This document shows, piece by piece, positions 20,082 through 30,672 of a DNA stretch of 64,000 nucleotides. The position numbers and the translations under genes are program-made. Numbering within the stretch: position 1 is the stretch's first letter; each line of letters starts with the position of its first letter. The notes beneath the pieces are model-generated. The model worked only from the letters and a program-made list of their open reading frames with translations. It was not told the origin of the DNA and made no database searches. Origin of the DNA: Bacteroidaceae bacterium (GTDB taxonomy: Bacteria; Bacteroidota; Bacteroidia; Bacteroidales; Bacteroidaceae); the NCBI GenBank assembly GCA_017398805.1, contig JAFQEZ010000063.1, positions 43,472 through 107,471 of the forward strand, in the 5' to 3' direction.

Positions 20082-23000
20082 TCACTTTATAATGAATTGC
20101 CCGAAGAATTTCTGCGTATCACTCTTTATCAAATATATGTAAACACCTGCCGGTAGATTATCGAAATGGACATAGGCATTCTCCTTTCCGGCAGGGAGTG
20201 TCTCGCTGTGGAGCAGCTGCCCTCTCATACCATGCACTGTCAACGACGCATCCGTCTCAAGACCGCTACAGAAAATCACCAAAGGTTCACCCTGCTCAAG
20301 CAATGCACTTTCAATACCGACCTCACCCACTTTATCTTCGTCGATACCGGTACTTCCCTCAATTGTAATCATGTTCTTTATAGTTCGCGATGAGGTTCCT
20401 GCAACTGTCGTTATCGTAAGAGTCACATCATAGTTGCCGGGATTGCCGAACACCACGCGCGGGTTGCGCACAGTGGGGTCACTCACGTGCTGAGGCTGCG
20501 GAGAGAAGCTCCACTGCCAACGGGTATTCTCATCCTGACGCACTATGCTGTAGCTGTCAAGCTGTACTTCCTTATGTGGATTGGCAGTAAGGTTACCGCT
20601 ACCGAGATTCAGAGCCATAGGCTGTGGAACCGCGATAAAATCCTGATGATAGAGAGGAGCCTCCCACAATCCCTGGTCAGTTGCCATGCGAAGCACGCCG
20701 TTCTTGTAGAAAGGAACGACTTTCGAAATACGCGCACCGGGGTTCAGGCCGCTTGAGTAATCGATGAACTCACCCATGCTGTTGTCACGGAAATATACAT
20801 TCGCACCGTCGTAGGTTGTCACGTAGCAACTGCCGAAATTGTCACCCACAAGGATTATCTGGTGCACCCTTATATTTGAAAGGTTGGCAAGGTCAAACTG
20901 CTGCCAGCTGTGTCCACCGTCAAAGCTCTCCGCAACAGCGCCATACCTGTCATTACATATCACCAACAAATGGTCCTCGTCATTCGGGTCAACAACCACA
21001 CGTGTAAAGTGTGTATAGTCATCTGTTATAGGGAACGGCTTTGTACACTCACAAAAAGTTAATCCGCCATCATCTGAACGCCACAGATTCCATGCGCCTA
21101 CAATGTATATGCGGTCGGGGTCTGTACGTGCGAACTCATAGCTATAGAAATCCTCTCCCTCGCTGTCGAACACCTTCTGGAACGATGCACCTTCATCATA
21201 CGATAGGTAACCCTCCCACGTATTTGTCATATCCTGCAGGAACACCTTGAGAGCATAGCGCGGATCAGTAGCAATCTCACCGTTTATGCGTAGCACCTCA
21301 TAGGGTTTCTTCTCGGTAAACCATGTACGGAAATCCTCCTCTATCGTACCGTCAATCTCGCGAGGCATTATGCGTGTGGAAGCGTCGGTAAAATATACTT
21401 TCCAGGGATTGCTCTTCATCACATAGCCTGTAGCAATCTCCACACCGCCCACATGTACGGTGTTGCCCTCGCCATATGATGCCGCATGCACGACATCACC
21501 GTTATGCCAGCGTCCTGCAGCCATAACATCCTCGTTCCATCCCACTCCAAGACCCTGATAGTCCGAGGCATAGATACCGTCGTAGCGGTCCTCACCTTTT
21601 GTCTCGAAAAAATCGCGCGAGTATTTGATGCCGCCATCGTTGCATATCCAGGTATCCCCGCATGGATGTACTGCAATATCCTGGATGTCGCAATGCATCC
21701 AGTCGCTGCGCTGATAGCCTCCTATACCATGGTCGCGGTAGTTGCACGTGCCCTCCTCGGTGGAGCGGTAAAGTGATGTCAGGCCAAAAAGCACATGCGA
21801 CGGATCATGGGCCGATGCACCGATCATCATATCAAAATATCCTTGCCCTCCTGCACTGTCCATTATGGGAGAGAATGTATTGTCCCAGTGCCACTCGCCT
21901 TTGTTTACAGTCTTGTCTTCCCAACTATCCCCTGCATCCTTTGATAGCAGGATGAACGGTTCTCCCTTTCCACCTTGCGGCCCGCCGTCATATCCCCATG
22001 AGTCGCATGTCACAAGTGCATATAGGTAATCCTCTCCACCAGGGGCCTGGCTCACTGCAAGACGCCCGCATATCATCATAGACACAGGAAGTTCTCTCTG
22101 CTGCCAACTGTAACCGCCGTCTTCCGAGACATATATACAGGCCCATGGCCCCACCGGTTCACGGCGTACAAGATATATACGTTCCGGATTGCCCGGCTGC
22201 AGTTCATGGTCGAAACAGATTCCGTTCAAAGTACACGTAAAACTATCCCCGCCGTCATTGGAAATGTAAAAACCGCTGCCCGATTTATCTTCGTGCTTGC
22301 TTCCGGCCGAAGCTGTAATGTTCTCTCTATTCTCCGGGTTTATACGTATAGAATTCACGCGGCTTGTAATTCCGGCGCACCGCAACCAGGTTTCACCACC
22401 GTCGGTAGTTTTCCATAACCAAGGGCCGCCACCTACATAAACAATATCATCATCTACCGGGTCTATCGCTATGCTATATATTGAGCCACCGAAATTATGC
22501 TGCGGAGCACAAGGCTGCCATGTCTGTCCATGGTCCGTTGTCTTGAACACGACGCCCGATTCTGTTCCACAATAAAGCGTTGCACTGTCACTCAGGCTCA
22601 CATCAATGCGGAATACACACACCTGTGAATCCTTGCGTTTGACCTCTCCGTTCTTGTGCTCGTAAGTTCGGTTCGGGCCAATATTCCGCCAAAGAAGATC
22701 ATCTGCCTTCGCATCACGTTCTGCCGCACGGCGGTTCATAGAGTCAATCTTTGCAGCGAACTGCTGAATTGTAGGCAAAACAATGCTGCCGTCGGATGCC
22801 ACATACTTGCGGTAGGCAGCCATCCAACGCCGATAGAAATTGAATGCCGGCTTGTGGTCTACGGTCTTTACGCGCACATCCACATCCGACGCACGCCACT
22901 CGTTGAAAAGTCGCTGCATCTCATTGAAGTTCACTCCCGACGGGGATTCGGCAATCCGTTTCATCCAATCGGGTGCGCTCAATGGCAAAGGTTCTGCAAA

Positions 23001-23135
23001 ATAAGGGTCGAAATTTCTGGATTCAGCACTTGTTGTTGCCGTATCGGCAGGAAATGAATATTGAGGAGATGCCACTCCTTGCAAAGAACCGACTATTAGA
23101 ATAGCCGCAAGAACTTTTTTAAATTTATTGTTCAT
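20082..23135 (-). CDS. BNR/Asp-box repeat T9SS-secreted protein, paralog of 16767-19808
   Basis: Same architecture as the neighbour. Asp-boxes TTDHGQTW, TTDGGETW, SEDGGYSW and FDGGHSW. PKD-like NYDVTLTITT. CTD-like AGVYIYLIKSDTQKFFGQFIIK. Confidence 0.8.
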   Translation of the reverse strand: MNNKFKKVLAAILIVGSLQGVASPQYSFPADTATTSAESRNFDPYFAEPLPLSAPDWMKRIAESPSGVNFNEMQRLFNEWRASDVDVRVKTVDHKPAFNFYRRWMAAYRKYVASDGSIVLPTIQQFAAKIDSMNRRAAERDAKADDLLWRNIGPNRTYEHKNGEVKRKDSQVCVFRIDVSLSDSATLYCGTESGVVFKTTDHGQTWQPCAPQHNFGGSIYSIAIDPVDDDIVYVGGGPWLWKTTDGGETWLRCAGITSRVNSIRINPENRENITASAGSKHEDKSGSGFYISNDGGDSFTCTLNGICFDHELQPGNPERIYLVRREPVGPWACIYVSEDGGYSWQQRELPVSMMICGRLAVSQAPGGEDYLYALVTCDSWGYDGGPQGGKGEPFILLSKDAGDSWEDKTVNKGEWHWDNTFSPIMDSAGGQGYFDMMIGASAHDPSHVLFGLTSLYRSTEEGTCNYRDHGIGGYQRSDWMHCDIQDIAVHPCGDTWICNDGGIKYSRDFFETKGEDRYDGIYASDYQGLGVGWNEDVMAAGRWHNGDVVHAASYGEGNTVHVGGVEIATGYVMKSNPWKVYFTDASTRIMPREIDGTIEEDFRTWFTEKKPYEVLRINGEIATDPRYALKVFLQDMTNTWEGYLSYDEGASFQKVFDSEGEDFYSYEFARTDPDRIYIVGAWNLWRSDDGGLTFCECTKPFPITDDYTHFTRVVVDPNDEDHLLVICNDRYGAVAESFDGGHSWQQFDLANLSNIRVHQIILVGDNFGSCYVTTYDGANVYFRDNSMGEFIDYSSGLNPGARISKVVPFYKNGVLRMATDQGLWEAPLYHQDFIAVPQPMALNLGSGNLTANPHKEVQLDSYSIVRQDENTRWQWSFSPQPQHVSDPTVRNPRVVFGNPGNYDVTLTITTVAGTSSRTIKNMITIEGSTGIDEDKVGEVGIESALLEQGEPLVIFCSGLETDASLTVHGMRGQLLHSETLPAGKENAYVHFDNLPAGVYIYLIKSDTQKFFGQFIIK

Positions 23136-23478
23136 TGATCAATTACATTTTCCTTAGTTGTTTCCTTGCAAATATAACTTACCGTTTTAACACATTATAG
23201 AAAGAGATACGTAAATTATGTTAACTGAAATGTTTTTTCACACATTGCATATTACCTGCATATTGTACTTACTGCCAACAACATTCATTGCAGAGCAGAC
23301 AATTCCAAAAGCAGTACCAAGAAGTTTGCGAAAAGCAAACATAAAAAAGTTAACAACAAAAAATATTTTCCAATGGAAAATTTGTAATAAAGAAAATATT
23401 CATCATCTTTGCAACGTCATTAGAGCAAGAAAGGATTTTCCAAAAGATATTGATTAAACAACTTAGAAAACATCGGAC

Positions 23479-25941
23479 ATGAAAACAAAGACAAATTCCA
23501 AATTCATTATTGTAGGCGGCGTTGCAGGAGGCGCAACAGCAGCCGCGCGTATTCGCCGCAACACAGAGCAGGCCGAGATTATACTATTTGAGAAAGGAGA
23601 GTACATTTCATACGCCAACTGCGGCTTACCATATTACCTTGGAAATGTAATTGAAGAACGCGACCGCCTTTTCGTACAGACTCCTGAGAGTTTCGGCAAA
23701 CGATTCAATATCGATGTGCGCGTAAAGAGCGAAGTCATAGACATCGATACCGCAGCAAAGCAAGTACATATCCGCACCTCCGACGGACGCGAGTACACTG
23801 AAAGCTACGACAAGCTTTTACTTTCACCGGGAGCATCCCCGGTACGTCCTCCTCTGCCGGGCATCGACAACGAAGGAATATTCACTCTGCGAAACGTAGC
23901 CGACACGGACAGGATAAAAAGCTACATGCAACAAAAAAAGATAAAAAATGCAGTGATAGTGGGTGGCGGATTCATCGGTCTGGAAATGGCTGAGAATCTA
24001 CACCATGCAGGAGCCAAGGTCAGCATTGTAGAAATGGGCAACCAGGTCATGAATCCCATCGATTTCTCTATGGCATCATTCGTCCACAAGCACCTGCAGG
24101 AAAAAGGCATACAACTATTATTGGGAGAAGCCGTGGAGTCATTTACCGGCAAGGACGGAAGGCTCACGGTGCATTTCAAATCGGGTATAAAGTTAGAATC
24201 GGATTTGGTTCTGCTCTCCATTGGAGTAAAAGCAGAAACCACTTTAGCCCGGAAAGCAGGACTGAGATTAGGTGAGATGCAGGGAATATATGTCAACAGA
24301 CACCTGCAGACATCCGATGAGAACATTTATGCCGTTGGCGACGCCATTGAGTACCCACATCCAATCACAGGAAAACCCTGGCTTAATTTTCTTGCAGGCC
24401 CGGCCAACCGCCAAGCACGCATTGTCGCAGACAATATGGTGTTCGGCAACATCCTTAGTTATGAAGGTTCAATAGGGACATCCATTGCCAAGGTTTTTGA
24501 CATTACGGTTGCGAGCACCGGACTGCCGGCCAAAAGACTCAAGCAAATGGGAATCCCTTACCTCTCGGCCACAACGCATGCAGGCTCACACGCAGGCTAT
24601 TACCCCGGAGCATTACAGATGAGCATAAAGATAACCTTTTCACCCACAGATGGCCGCTTATATGGAGCACAGATTGTAGGATACGACGGTGTGGACAAGC
24701 GGATAGACCAATATGCTCTGCACATCAAGAACGGGGCTACAGTAAAGGATCTCACCCAACTGGAACATGCCTACGCACCTCCTTATTCTTCGGCAAAAGA
24801 CCCAGTTGCCATTACCGGATATATCGCCGGCAATATACTGAGCGGCAAGATGACACCACTCTACTGGAGAGATTTGGCCGCAACAGACATATCCCGGATT
24901 ACATTGGTTGATGTGCGCACAAAAGAGGAATCTGAATTGGGAACTATTCCGGGAGCAATAAATATTCCTCTGGATGAACTGCGAGACCGTATGAAAGAAC
25001 TGCCTGCAGATCGTCCGGTATATCTGTTCTGCAGCGTGGGCTTAAGAGGTTACCTGGCCTCGAACATTCTAAAAAGCAATGGTTATAAGGACGTACGCAA
25101 TCTCATAGGCGGACTCAAGACATACGAAACATCAACAGCCCCACTGCTCCCGGTTACAAAACACGACGACAATGAACCGGAAGAACATCCAGGTGCTCAC
25201 TCAAGCCCGACTACGACAATAAAGGTTGACGCTTGCGGAATCCAATGCCCCGGGCCTATTCTCAAATTGAAAAAATCCATTGAGCCCCTAAAGCCCGGAG
25301 AGCGTATTGAAGTTTGCGCCACCGATGGCGGTTTCCCAAGGGATGCCGAAGCATGGTGCCACACAACCGGCAATACGTTTATAGGGAAACACTCAGAGAA
25401 TGGCATACACCATGTTATAATTGAGAAATCCGACTCAAGAATGAGGACAACAGACAAATTAGAAAAAGAAGAGAACGGCAAGACACTCATATTGTTCAGC
25501 GACGACCTCGACAAAACTTTAGCTACATTTGTACTTGCAAACGGAGCAGCTGCCACAGGCAAGAAAGTATCCATCTTCTTCACTTTTTGGGGACTCAATG
25601 CCATAAAAAAAGTTCAGAAACCGAAAGTGAAAAAAGACATTTTCGGCAAGATGTTCGGTTGGATGCTCCCATCAGATTCCACCAAGCTGGCTCTTTCGAA
25701 GATGAACATGATGGGCATCGGCAGCAAGATGATGCGCTTCCTTATGAAGAAGAAAAATGTATCTTCATTAGAAGAACTCAGGTTACAAGCCATTGAAAAC
25801 GGCGTTGAATTTATCGCCTGCCAGATGTCTATGGACGTTATGGGGATAAAACGTGAAGAACTACTCGACAATGTAGTGATTGGCGGTGTCGCCACATACA
25901 TGGAGAGAGCCGAACAAGCAAATGTCAATTTATTCATATAA
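23479..25941 (+). CDS. CoA-disulfide reductase-family FAD oxidoreductase fused to rhodanese, TusA/SirA-like and DsrE-like domains
   Basis: GGVAGGATAA FAD motif. SYANCGLPYY is a CoADR/Nox-type redox Cys. LFCSVGLRGY is a rhodanese loop. DACGIQCPGPILKLKK is a TusA CPxP motif. A DsrE-like tail follows. Confidence 0.8.
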   Translation: MKTKTNSKFIIVGGVAGGATAAARIRRNTEQAEIILFEKGEYISYANCGLPYYLGNVIEERDRLFVQTPESFGKRFNIDVRVKSEVIDIDTAAKQVHIRTSDGREYTESYDKLLLSPGASPVRPPLPGIDNEGIFTLRNVADTDRIKSYMQQKKIKNAVIVGGGFIGLEMAENLHHAGAKVSIVEMGNQVMNPIDFSMASFVHKHLQEKGIQLLLGEAVESFTGKDGRLTVHFKSGIKLESDLVLLSIGVKAETTLARKAGLRLGEMQGIYVNRHLQTSDENIYAVGDAIEYPHPITGKPWLNFLAGPANRQARIVADNMVFGNILSYEGSIGTSIAKVFDITVASTGLPAKRLKQMGIPYLSATTHAGSHAGYYPGALQMSIKITFSPTDGRLYGAQIVGYDGVDKRIDQYALHIKNGATVKDLTQLEHAYAPPYSSAKDPVAITGYIAGNILSGKMTPLYWRDLAATDISRITLVDVRTKEESELGTIPGAINIPLDELRDRMKELPADRPVYLFCSVGLRGYLASNILKSNGYKDVRNLIGGLKTYETSTAPLLPVTKHDDNEPEEHPGAHSSPTTTIKVDACGIQCPGPILKLKKSIEPLKPGERIEVCATDGGFPRDAEAWCHTTGNTFIGKHSENGIHHVIIEKSDSRMRTTDKLEKEENGKTLILFSDDLDKTLATFVLANGAAATGKKVSIFFTFWGLNAIKKVQKPKVKKDIFGKMFGWMLPSDSTKLALSKMNMMGIGSKMMRFLMKKKNVSSLEELRLQAIENGVEFIACQMSMDVMGIKREELLDNVVIGGVATYMERAEQANVNLFI

Positions 25942-25951
25942 GTAAAACAAA

Positions 25952-26317
25952 ATGGAGAAAATAACATGCATATGCGTCATGAGAGAGTTGTTTGCAGCTC
26001 TCTCATATCTTGAGAAAGAATTGACAGAAATACATGGAGTCAATTTGAACGAAGCCATGGTACTTTGCGCCGTAGGCAATGAAGATGTTACCGCATCAGA
26101 CATTTCCAACAGGACAGGCTTGCTTCCATCGCACACCTCAAAGGTGATTGGGTCATTGGAAAAACAAAGACTCATTGAACGTCGATTAGGCAAACAGGAT
26201 AAGCGGAAAATATACTTGTCACTCACAAAAGAGGGGAAATCACGTCTTGAAAGAATCAAGGTTCACGAATTTGACATTCCCGACTTGCTGGAGCCATTAT
26301 TTGAAAAATACCACTAA
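25952..26317 (+). CDS. MarR-family winged-helix regulator
   Basis: 121 aa. TASDISNRTGLLPSHTSKVIGSLEKQRLIERR...DKRKIYLSLTKEG is a MarR-type recognition helix and wing. Confidence 0.7.
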   Translation: MEKITCICVMRELFAALSYLEKELTEIHGVNLNEAMVLCAVGNEDVTASDISNRTGLLPSHTSKVIGSLEKQRLIERRLGKQDKRKIYLSLTKEGKSRLERIKVHEFDIPDLLEPLFEKYH

Positions 26318-26529
26318 AAGCAAGAATCATAAAGCCGGTTGGAAAGCGATAAAAGAAGTTGCTCAATACAGTTATAATAGATATTAAAGAAGTATATGAA
26401 GTATTAGCAAATAAACTATTGCAAAGATTAGAAAATTTCACTTTAAAGCACTATTTTCGCATTTGAAAAACTGTAAGGAACAGACTTTCATGTACGGTAA
26501 AAGAAAGAACTTAAAAGAACCATAGACAG

Positions 26530-27783
26530 ATGAAATCACTACGTTCACTATTCAGGATTGGCCTTGGACCATCCAGCAGCCATACCATGGGTCCAAACCG
26601 CGCTGCGAAGATATTCGCAGAACGTTGCCCCGATGTCGACACATACCGAGTAACCCTTTACGGCAGCCTTGCCGCAACCGGTGAGGGACACATGACCGAC
26701 AAGGCAATCATGAGCGTGCTTGAACCGATTGCCAAGCTGGAGTTGCTATGGGAACCGAAGACATTCCTCCCGTTCCACCCCAACGGTATGCTCTTCGAAG
26801 GTATCAAGGATGGCAAAGTAGTTGACAAATGGACAATTTACAGTATCGGTGGCGGAGAGCTCGCCAACGAGGAGACCACAAAGAACGAAGAGGATATATA
26901 CCCGTTGACAACGATTCATGAGATAATGGATTGGTGCGATGAAACAGGATGCACTTTTTGGGAGTATGTCGAAAAGTATGAAGGCCCTGAAATCTGGGAC
27001 TACCTCTCCGAAGTGTGGGAGACCATGAAGAGCACAATCAGACGCGGACTTGAGAACGAAGGCGTACTGCCCGGAGGTCTCGGGTTGCAGCGCAAGGCAA
27101 ACGTCTATCTCAATAAATCGCAGTCATACAATGCCGCAGTGAGCAGCAAGGCAAAAGTCTATGCCTATGCACTTGCGACAAGCGAGGAGAATGCAAGCGG
27201 AAGCACTATTGTGACGACACCCACATGCGGTTCGAGCGGAGTGTTGCCTGCTGTGCTCTACCATCTGCATACATCGCACAACTGCTCGGACAAACGTATC
27301 CTGCGTGCAATTGCCACAGCCGGACTGTTCGGCAATGTAGCCAAGGAACATGCATCAATATCGGGTGCCGACGTAGGCTGTCAGGGCGAGATAGGTGTTG
27401 CCTGTGCAATGGCTGCAGCAGCTGCATGCCAACTCTTCGGCGGAACAATCAACCAGATTGAATATGCAGCCGAAATGGGCCTTGAACATCATCTCGGACT
27501 AACATGTGATCCGTTATGCGGCCTTGTTCAGGTACCTTGTATCGAACGTAACGCCATTGCCGCATCACGCGCACTCGATGCTTGCACATACTCTGCACTA
27601 TCCGACGGCAAGCACAAGATTGACTACGACCGCATTGTAGAGGTGATGAAGGAGACCGGACACGACCTTCCGAGCCTATACAAAGAGACATCGACAGGAG
27701 GAATAGCCAAAATCGACATAAGCAAGCGCCGTGGCTTCCGTAAGATACTGGATACGCTGCATATCACAAAGAAGAAAGAATAA
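26530..27783 (+). CDS. sdaA: L-serine ammonia-lyase (iron-sulfur dependent, single chain)
   Basis: The N-terminus SLFRIGLGPSSSHTMGP is the canonical SdaA signature. The CGSSGV and GEIGVAC regions are consistent. Confidence 0.85.
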   Translation: MKSLRSLFRIGLGPSSSHTMGPNRAAKIFAERCPDVDTYRVTLYGSLAATGEGHMTDKAIMSVLEPIAKLELLWEPKTFLPFHPNGMLFEGIKDGKVVDKWTIYSIGGGELANEETTKNEEDIYPLTTIHEIMDWCDETGCTFWEYVEKYEGPEIWDYLSEVWETMKSTIRRGLENEGVLPGGLGLQRKANVYLNKSQSYNAAVSSKAKVYAYALATSEENASGSTIVTTPTCGSSGVLPAVLYHLHTSHNCSDKRILRAIATAGLFGNVAKEHASISGADVGCQGEIGVACAMAAAAACQLFGGTINQIEYAAEMGLEHHLGLTCDPLCGLVQVPCIERNAIAASRALDACTYSALSDGKHKIDYDRIVEVMKETGHDLPSLYKETSTGGIAKIDISKRRGFRKILDTLHITKKKE

Positions 27784-27947
27784 GATAAATGAATAAAAGG
27801 CAATCTGCAGTGTTATACGAAGCCTGATAAATCCTCATTTACGCTCAGTAAACTCCGGTTTATTAGGCTTCGTAAGCCTTGCATCCTATTCTTTTATTAA
27901 TTTATCCTACTACTAGTCAACAAAAAATAAAAACAACATTATACACA

Positions 27948-30452
27948 ATGAAAAGACTACTTTTACTGATGGCTCTTCCGCTGATGTTCGTGGCGGTTAA
28001 GGGCAATGCACAGAATGACAACAAAGTCAAGCCAAACTATGCGCTTGCAGAACGTTTCTCGCCCAAAAAAATAGGCAGAATGGTAAAACAGACAAGAGTG
28101 CAGCCTGTATGGTTCGAGGACGGCAAGCAGTTCATATACTCATGGAGCGACACAAAAGATCGCAAGTTCTACGTTGTAGATGCCGTTAAAGGCACAAAGC
28201 GCGAACTTTGGGACATGGAATGGCTGGCAAAGGAGGTGACCATGCGCACCGGTGACCCTTACGATGCACAGCACCTGCCAATAGGAATCAACAGAATAAT
28301 ACGAGAAGGCCGATACGTACGTTTCGACATTCAATCAAAGAAGGAGGTCGACCGTGAGCTTCCACGCCACGAGCGCAACGACAGCACCAAAATCAAGGAG
28401 AACAAGGGCAAGAAGATGAACAAGACCTTCTACTTCGAGTATGACATGAAGAGCGGTGAACTCCTTGAACGCACAAAGGATGAAATTGATGACCTCTACC
28501 CCAACTACCCCAGTTGGGCAAATGTATCCCCCGACGGCAAGGTCGCTATCTATGAGAAGAACTACAATCTGTGGTACATGTCAATGGAAGACCTTGAGAA
28601 ACTGCGTATCTGGGACAAGGACAGCACTGTTGTAGAGCATCAGCTGACATTCAACGGCCGCCCCAACTGGTGCTATGCACACCACTCGCTCGACGAGAAA
28701 CCCGACAGCACCAAGCGCTACCGCGTATATGCATTGTGGAGTCCCGACTCACGTCACTTTGTGACAGGACACCGCGCCGACTCTATCCTGTCGAAGATGT
28801 GGGTCATAAACTCGCTGAGCAACCCACGCCCGAAACTTGAATCATACTACTATCAGATGCCGGGCGAGCAGACTCCTGACATGTACATGGAACTGTTCGA
28901 CTTTGAGAACAAGACAAGCAGAATGATTGACGTGTCGCAGTTCAAACAGCAGCGCTTCAGCATCTTCAGCAAGCACGGGACTCATGCAACACACTACGAG
29001 AACCCACGCAAGAGCGTATGGTTGGGCGACGAGGATGGATTCTATTTCGAGCGCATAAGCCGCGACATGAAGAAGATTGAGGTGTGCCGTTACACCATCA
29101 GCAACGATTCGGTACAGATGCTCGTACACGAGGAGATGAACACCAGCATCGAGAGCAAGCCAATACGCCTTGTCAACGACGGCAAGCAGTTCATACAGTG
29201 GTCGGAACGTACAGGATGGGCAATGCTCTACATGTATAATGCCGACGGAACACTAAAGAATGCCATAACAGACGGTGCATACCACGTTGAGGACGTTGTT
29301 GCAGTGGATGAAAAGGCAAAGAAAATCTATTTCACTGCGTGCGGATACAACAAGAAGGAGAACCCGTACTACATGCATCTCTTCAGCGTGAACTTCGACG
29401 GCAGCGGCCTGAAGCAGATTGACGACACAGACATGAACATAAGCAGCTACTCTGCAACCGACAATGGCGAGGCATTCGTTGTAACGGCATCACGCGTGGA
29501 TACCACACCGGTAAACCATGTTTACAGCAAGAACGGCAAGAAAAGCGTTGAGCTTGGAACAGCCGACCTTTCACAGCTTTTTGCAGCAGGCTACAAGTTC
29601 CCCGAGCGTTTCACCGTAAAAGCAGCCGACGGCATCACCGACCTGCACGGAGTGATGTACAAACCTTTTGACTTTGACTCCACAAAATGCTATCCGCTTA
29701 TCGAGTATGTATATCCAGGACCTCAGACCGAAGCCGTGAACGAGAGCTGGTCAAGCGGCATGAACCGCATAGACCGTCTTGCACAGATGGGATTCGTTGT
29801 AATTACCGTGGGTAACCGAGGCGGACACCCCAACCGATCCAAGTGGTATCACAACTTTGGTTACGGCAACCTGCGCGACTATGGCCTTGCCGACAAAAAG
29901 GTGGCAGCACAGCAGCTCATTGCACGTCACAACTTCATCGACGGCAACAACGTAGGTATCCACGGACACTCAGGCGGCGGTTTTATGTCAACAGCAGCCA
30001 TACTCACATACAACGACTTCTTCAAGGCAGCCGTTTCATGTGCCGGCAACCACGATAACCGTATCTACAACAACTGGTGGAGCGAGAAGCACCATGGTAT
30101 AAAGGAGAATATCAAGGAGAAGACAAACAAGGAGGGTGTCATTGAGTGCGACACCACATTCTCTTACAACATCAGTACCAACCAGGAGCTTGCAGGCCGC
30201 CTCAAGGGACACCTGTTGTTGGTGACAGGCGACATGGACAACAACGTTCACCCTGCCAACACCACACGTGTAGTGGATGCTCTCATCCGCGCCAACAAAC
30301 GCTTTGAGATGCTTGTACTCCCAGGCCAACGCCACGGTTTCGAGACCATGGACGAATACTTCTTCTGGAAAATGGCCGACTTCTTCAGCAAACACCTGCT
30401 TGGCGAAGCAAAGGAGAGCGAGGTAGATATAAAGGAGATGAATAATGACTGA
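27948..30452 (+). CDS. S9-family serine peptidase (DPP-IV-like beta-propeller plus alpha/beta hydrolase)
   Basis: The ATG at 27948 yields the signal peptide MKRLLLLMALPLMFVAVKGNAQ. GIHGHSGGG is the GxSxGG nucleophile elbow. A C-terminal D/H region (GDMDNNVHP...) follows. Confidence 0.8.
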   Translation: MKRLLLLMALPLMFVAVKGNAQNDNKVKPNYALAERFSPKKIGRMVKQTRVQPVWFEDGKQFIYSWSDTKDRKFYVVDAVKGTKRELWDMEWLAKEVTMRTGDPYDAQHLPIGINRIIREGRYVRFDIQSKKEVDRELPRHERNDSTKIKENKGKKMNKTFYFEYDMKSGELLERTKDEIDDLYPNYPSWANVSPDGKVAIYEKNYNLWYMSMEDLEKLRIWDKDSTVVEHQLTFNGRPNWCYAHHSLDEKPDSTKRYRVYALWSPDSRHFVTGHRADSILSKMWVINSLSNPRPKLESYYYQMPGEQTPDMYMELFDFENKTSRMIDVSQFKQQRFSIFSKHGTHATHYENPRKSVWLGDEDGFYFERISRDMKKIEVCRYTISNDSVQMLVHEEMNTSIESKPIRLVNDGKQFIQWSERTGWAMLYMYNADGTLKNAITDGAYHVEDVVAVDEKAKKIYFTACGYNKKENPYYMHLFSVNFDGSGLKQIDDTDMNISSYSATDNGEAFVVTASRVDTTPVNHVYSKNGKKSVELGTADLSQLFAAGYKFPERFTVKAADGITDLHGVMYKPFDFDSTKCYPLIEYVYPGPQTEAVNESWSSGMNRIDRLAQMGFVVITVGNRGGHPNRSKWYHNFGYGNLRDYGLADKKVAAQQLIARHNFIDGNNVGIHGHSGGGFMSTAAILTYNDFFKAAVSCAGNHDNRIYNNWWSEKHHGIKENIKEKTNKEGVIECDTTFSYNISTNQELAGRLKGHLLLVTGDMDNNVHPANTTRVVDALIRANKRFEMLVLPGQRHGFETMDEYFFWKMADFFSKHLLGEAKESEVDIKEMNND

Positions 30453-30453
30453 C

Positions 30454-30489
30454 AAAGCAATTGCGCCCGGTTTAGGGCGCAATTGCTTT
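30454..30489. terminator. Perfect 15-bp hairpin after the peptidase gene
   Basis: AAAGCAATTGCGCCC-ggttta-GGGCGCAATTGCTTT. Confidence 0.7.
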
Positions 30490-30571
30490 GTAAAAGCTTT
30501 ATGAGAACTATTGCAATTTAAAGTAAAACAAATTTGTGCCGGTAAAGTTATGCCGTTTGATTTTTTTGCAC

Positions 30572-30579
30572 TACCTTTG
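30572..30579 (+). promoter_or_regulatory. Bacteroidetes -7 box (TAnnTTTG) for tRNA-Leu
   Basis: TACCTTTG ends 11 nt upstream of the mature tRNA 5' end. Confidence 0.5.
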
Positions 30580-30590
30580 CAGGCACAGTC

Positions 30591-30672
30591 GCGCGTGTGG
30601 CGAAATTGGTAGACGCGCCAGACTTAGGATCTGGTGTTTTGCGACGTGTAGGTTCGAGTCCTATCACGCGCA
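30591..30672 (+). tRNA. tRNA-Leu (anticodon UAG), type II with long variable arm, no encoded CCA
   Basis: Acceptor stem GCGCGTG/CACGCGC. Anticodon arm CCAGA-CTTAGGA-TCTGG. T arm GTAGG-TTCGAGT-CCTAT. The variable arm is 13 nt. Confidence 0.9.

Noticed and set aside
23218-23457. 79-aa ORF upstream of the CoADR fusion.
   Set aside because: It lies in AT-rich promoter-like sequence, has low-complexity composition and shows no motif.
30565-30575. An 11-nt match TTTGCACTACC between the tRNA-Leu promoter region and the attR flank (44559-44569), as a possible extra att component.
   Set aside because: It is short enough to be chance in 64 kb, and part of it is the generic promoter context. I did not use it in the model.
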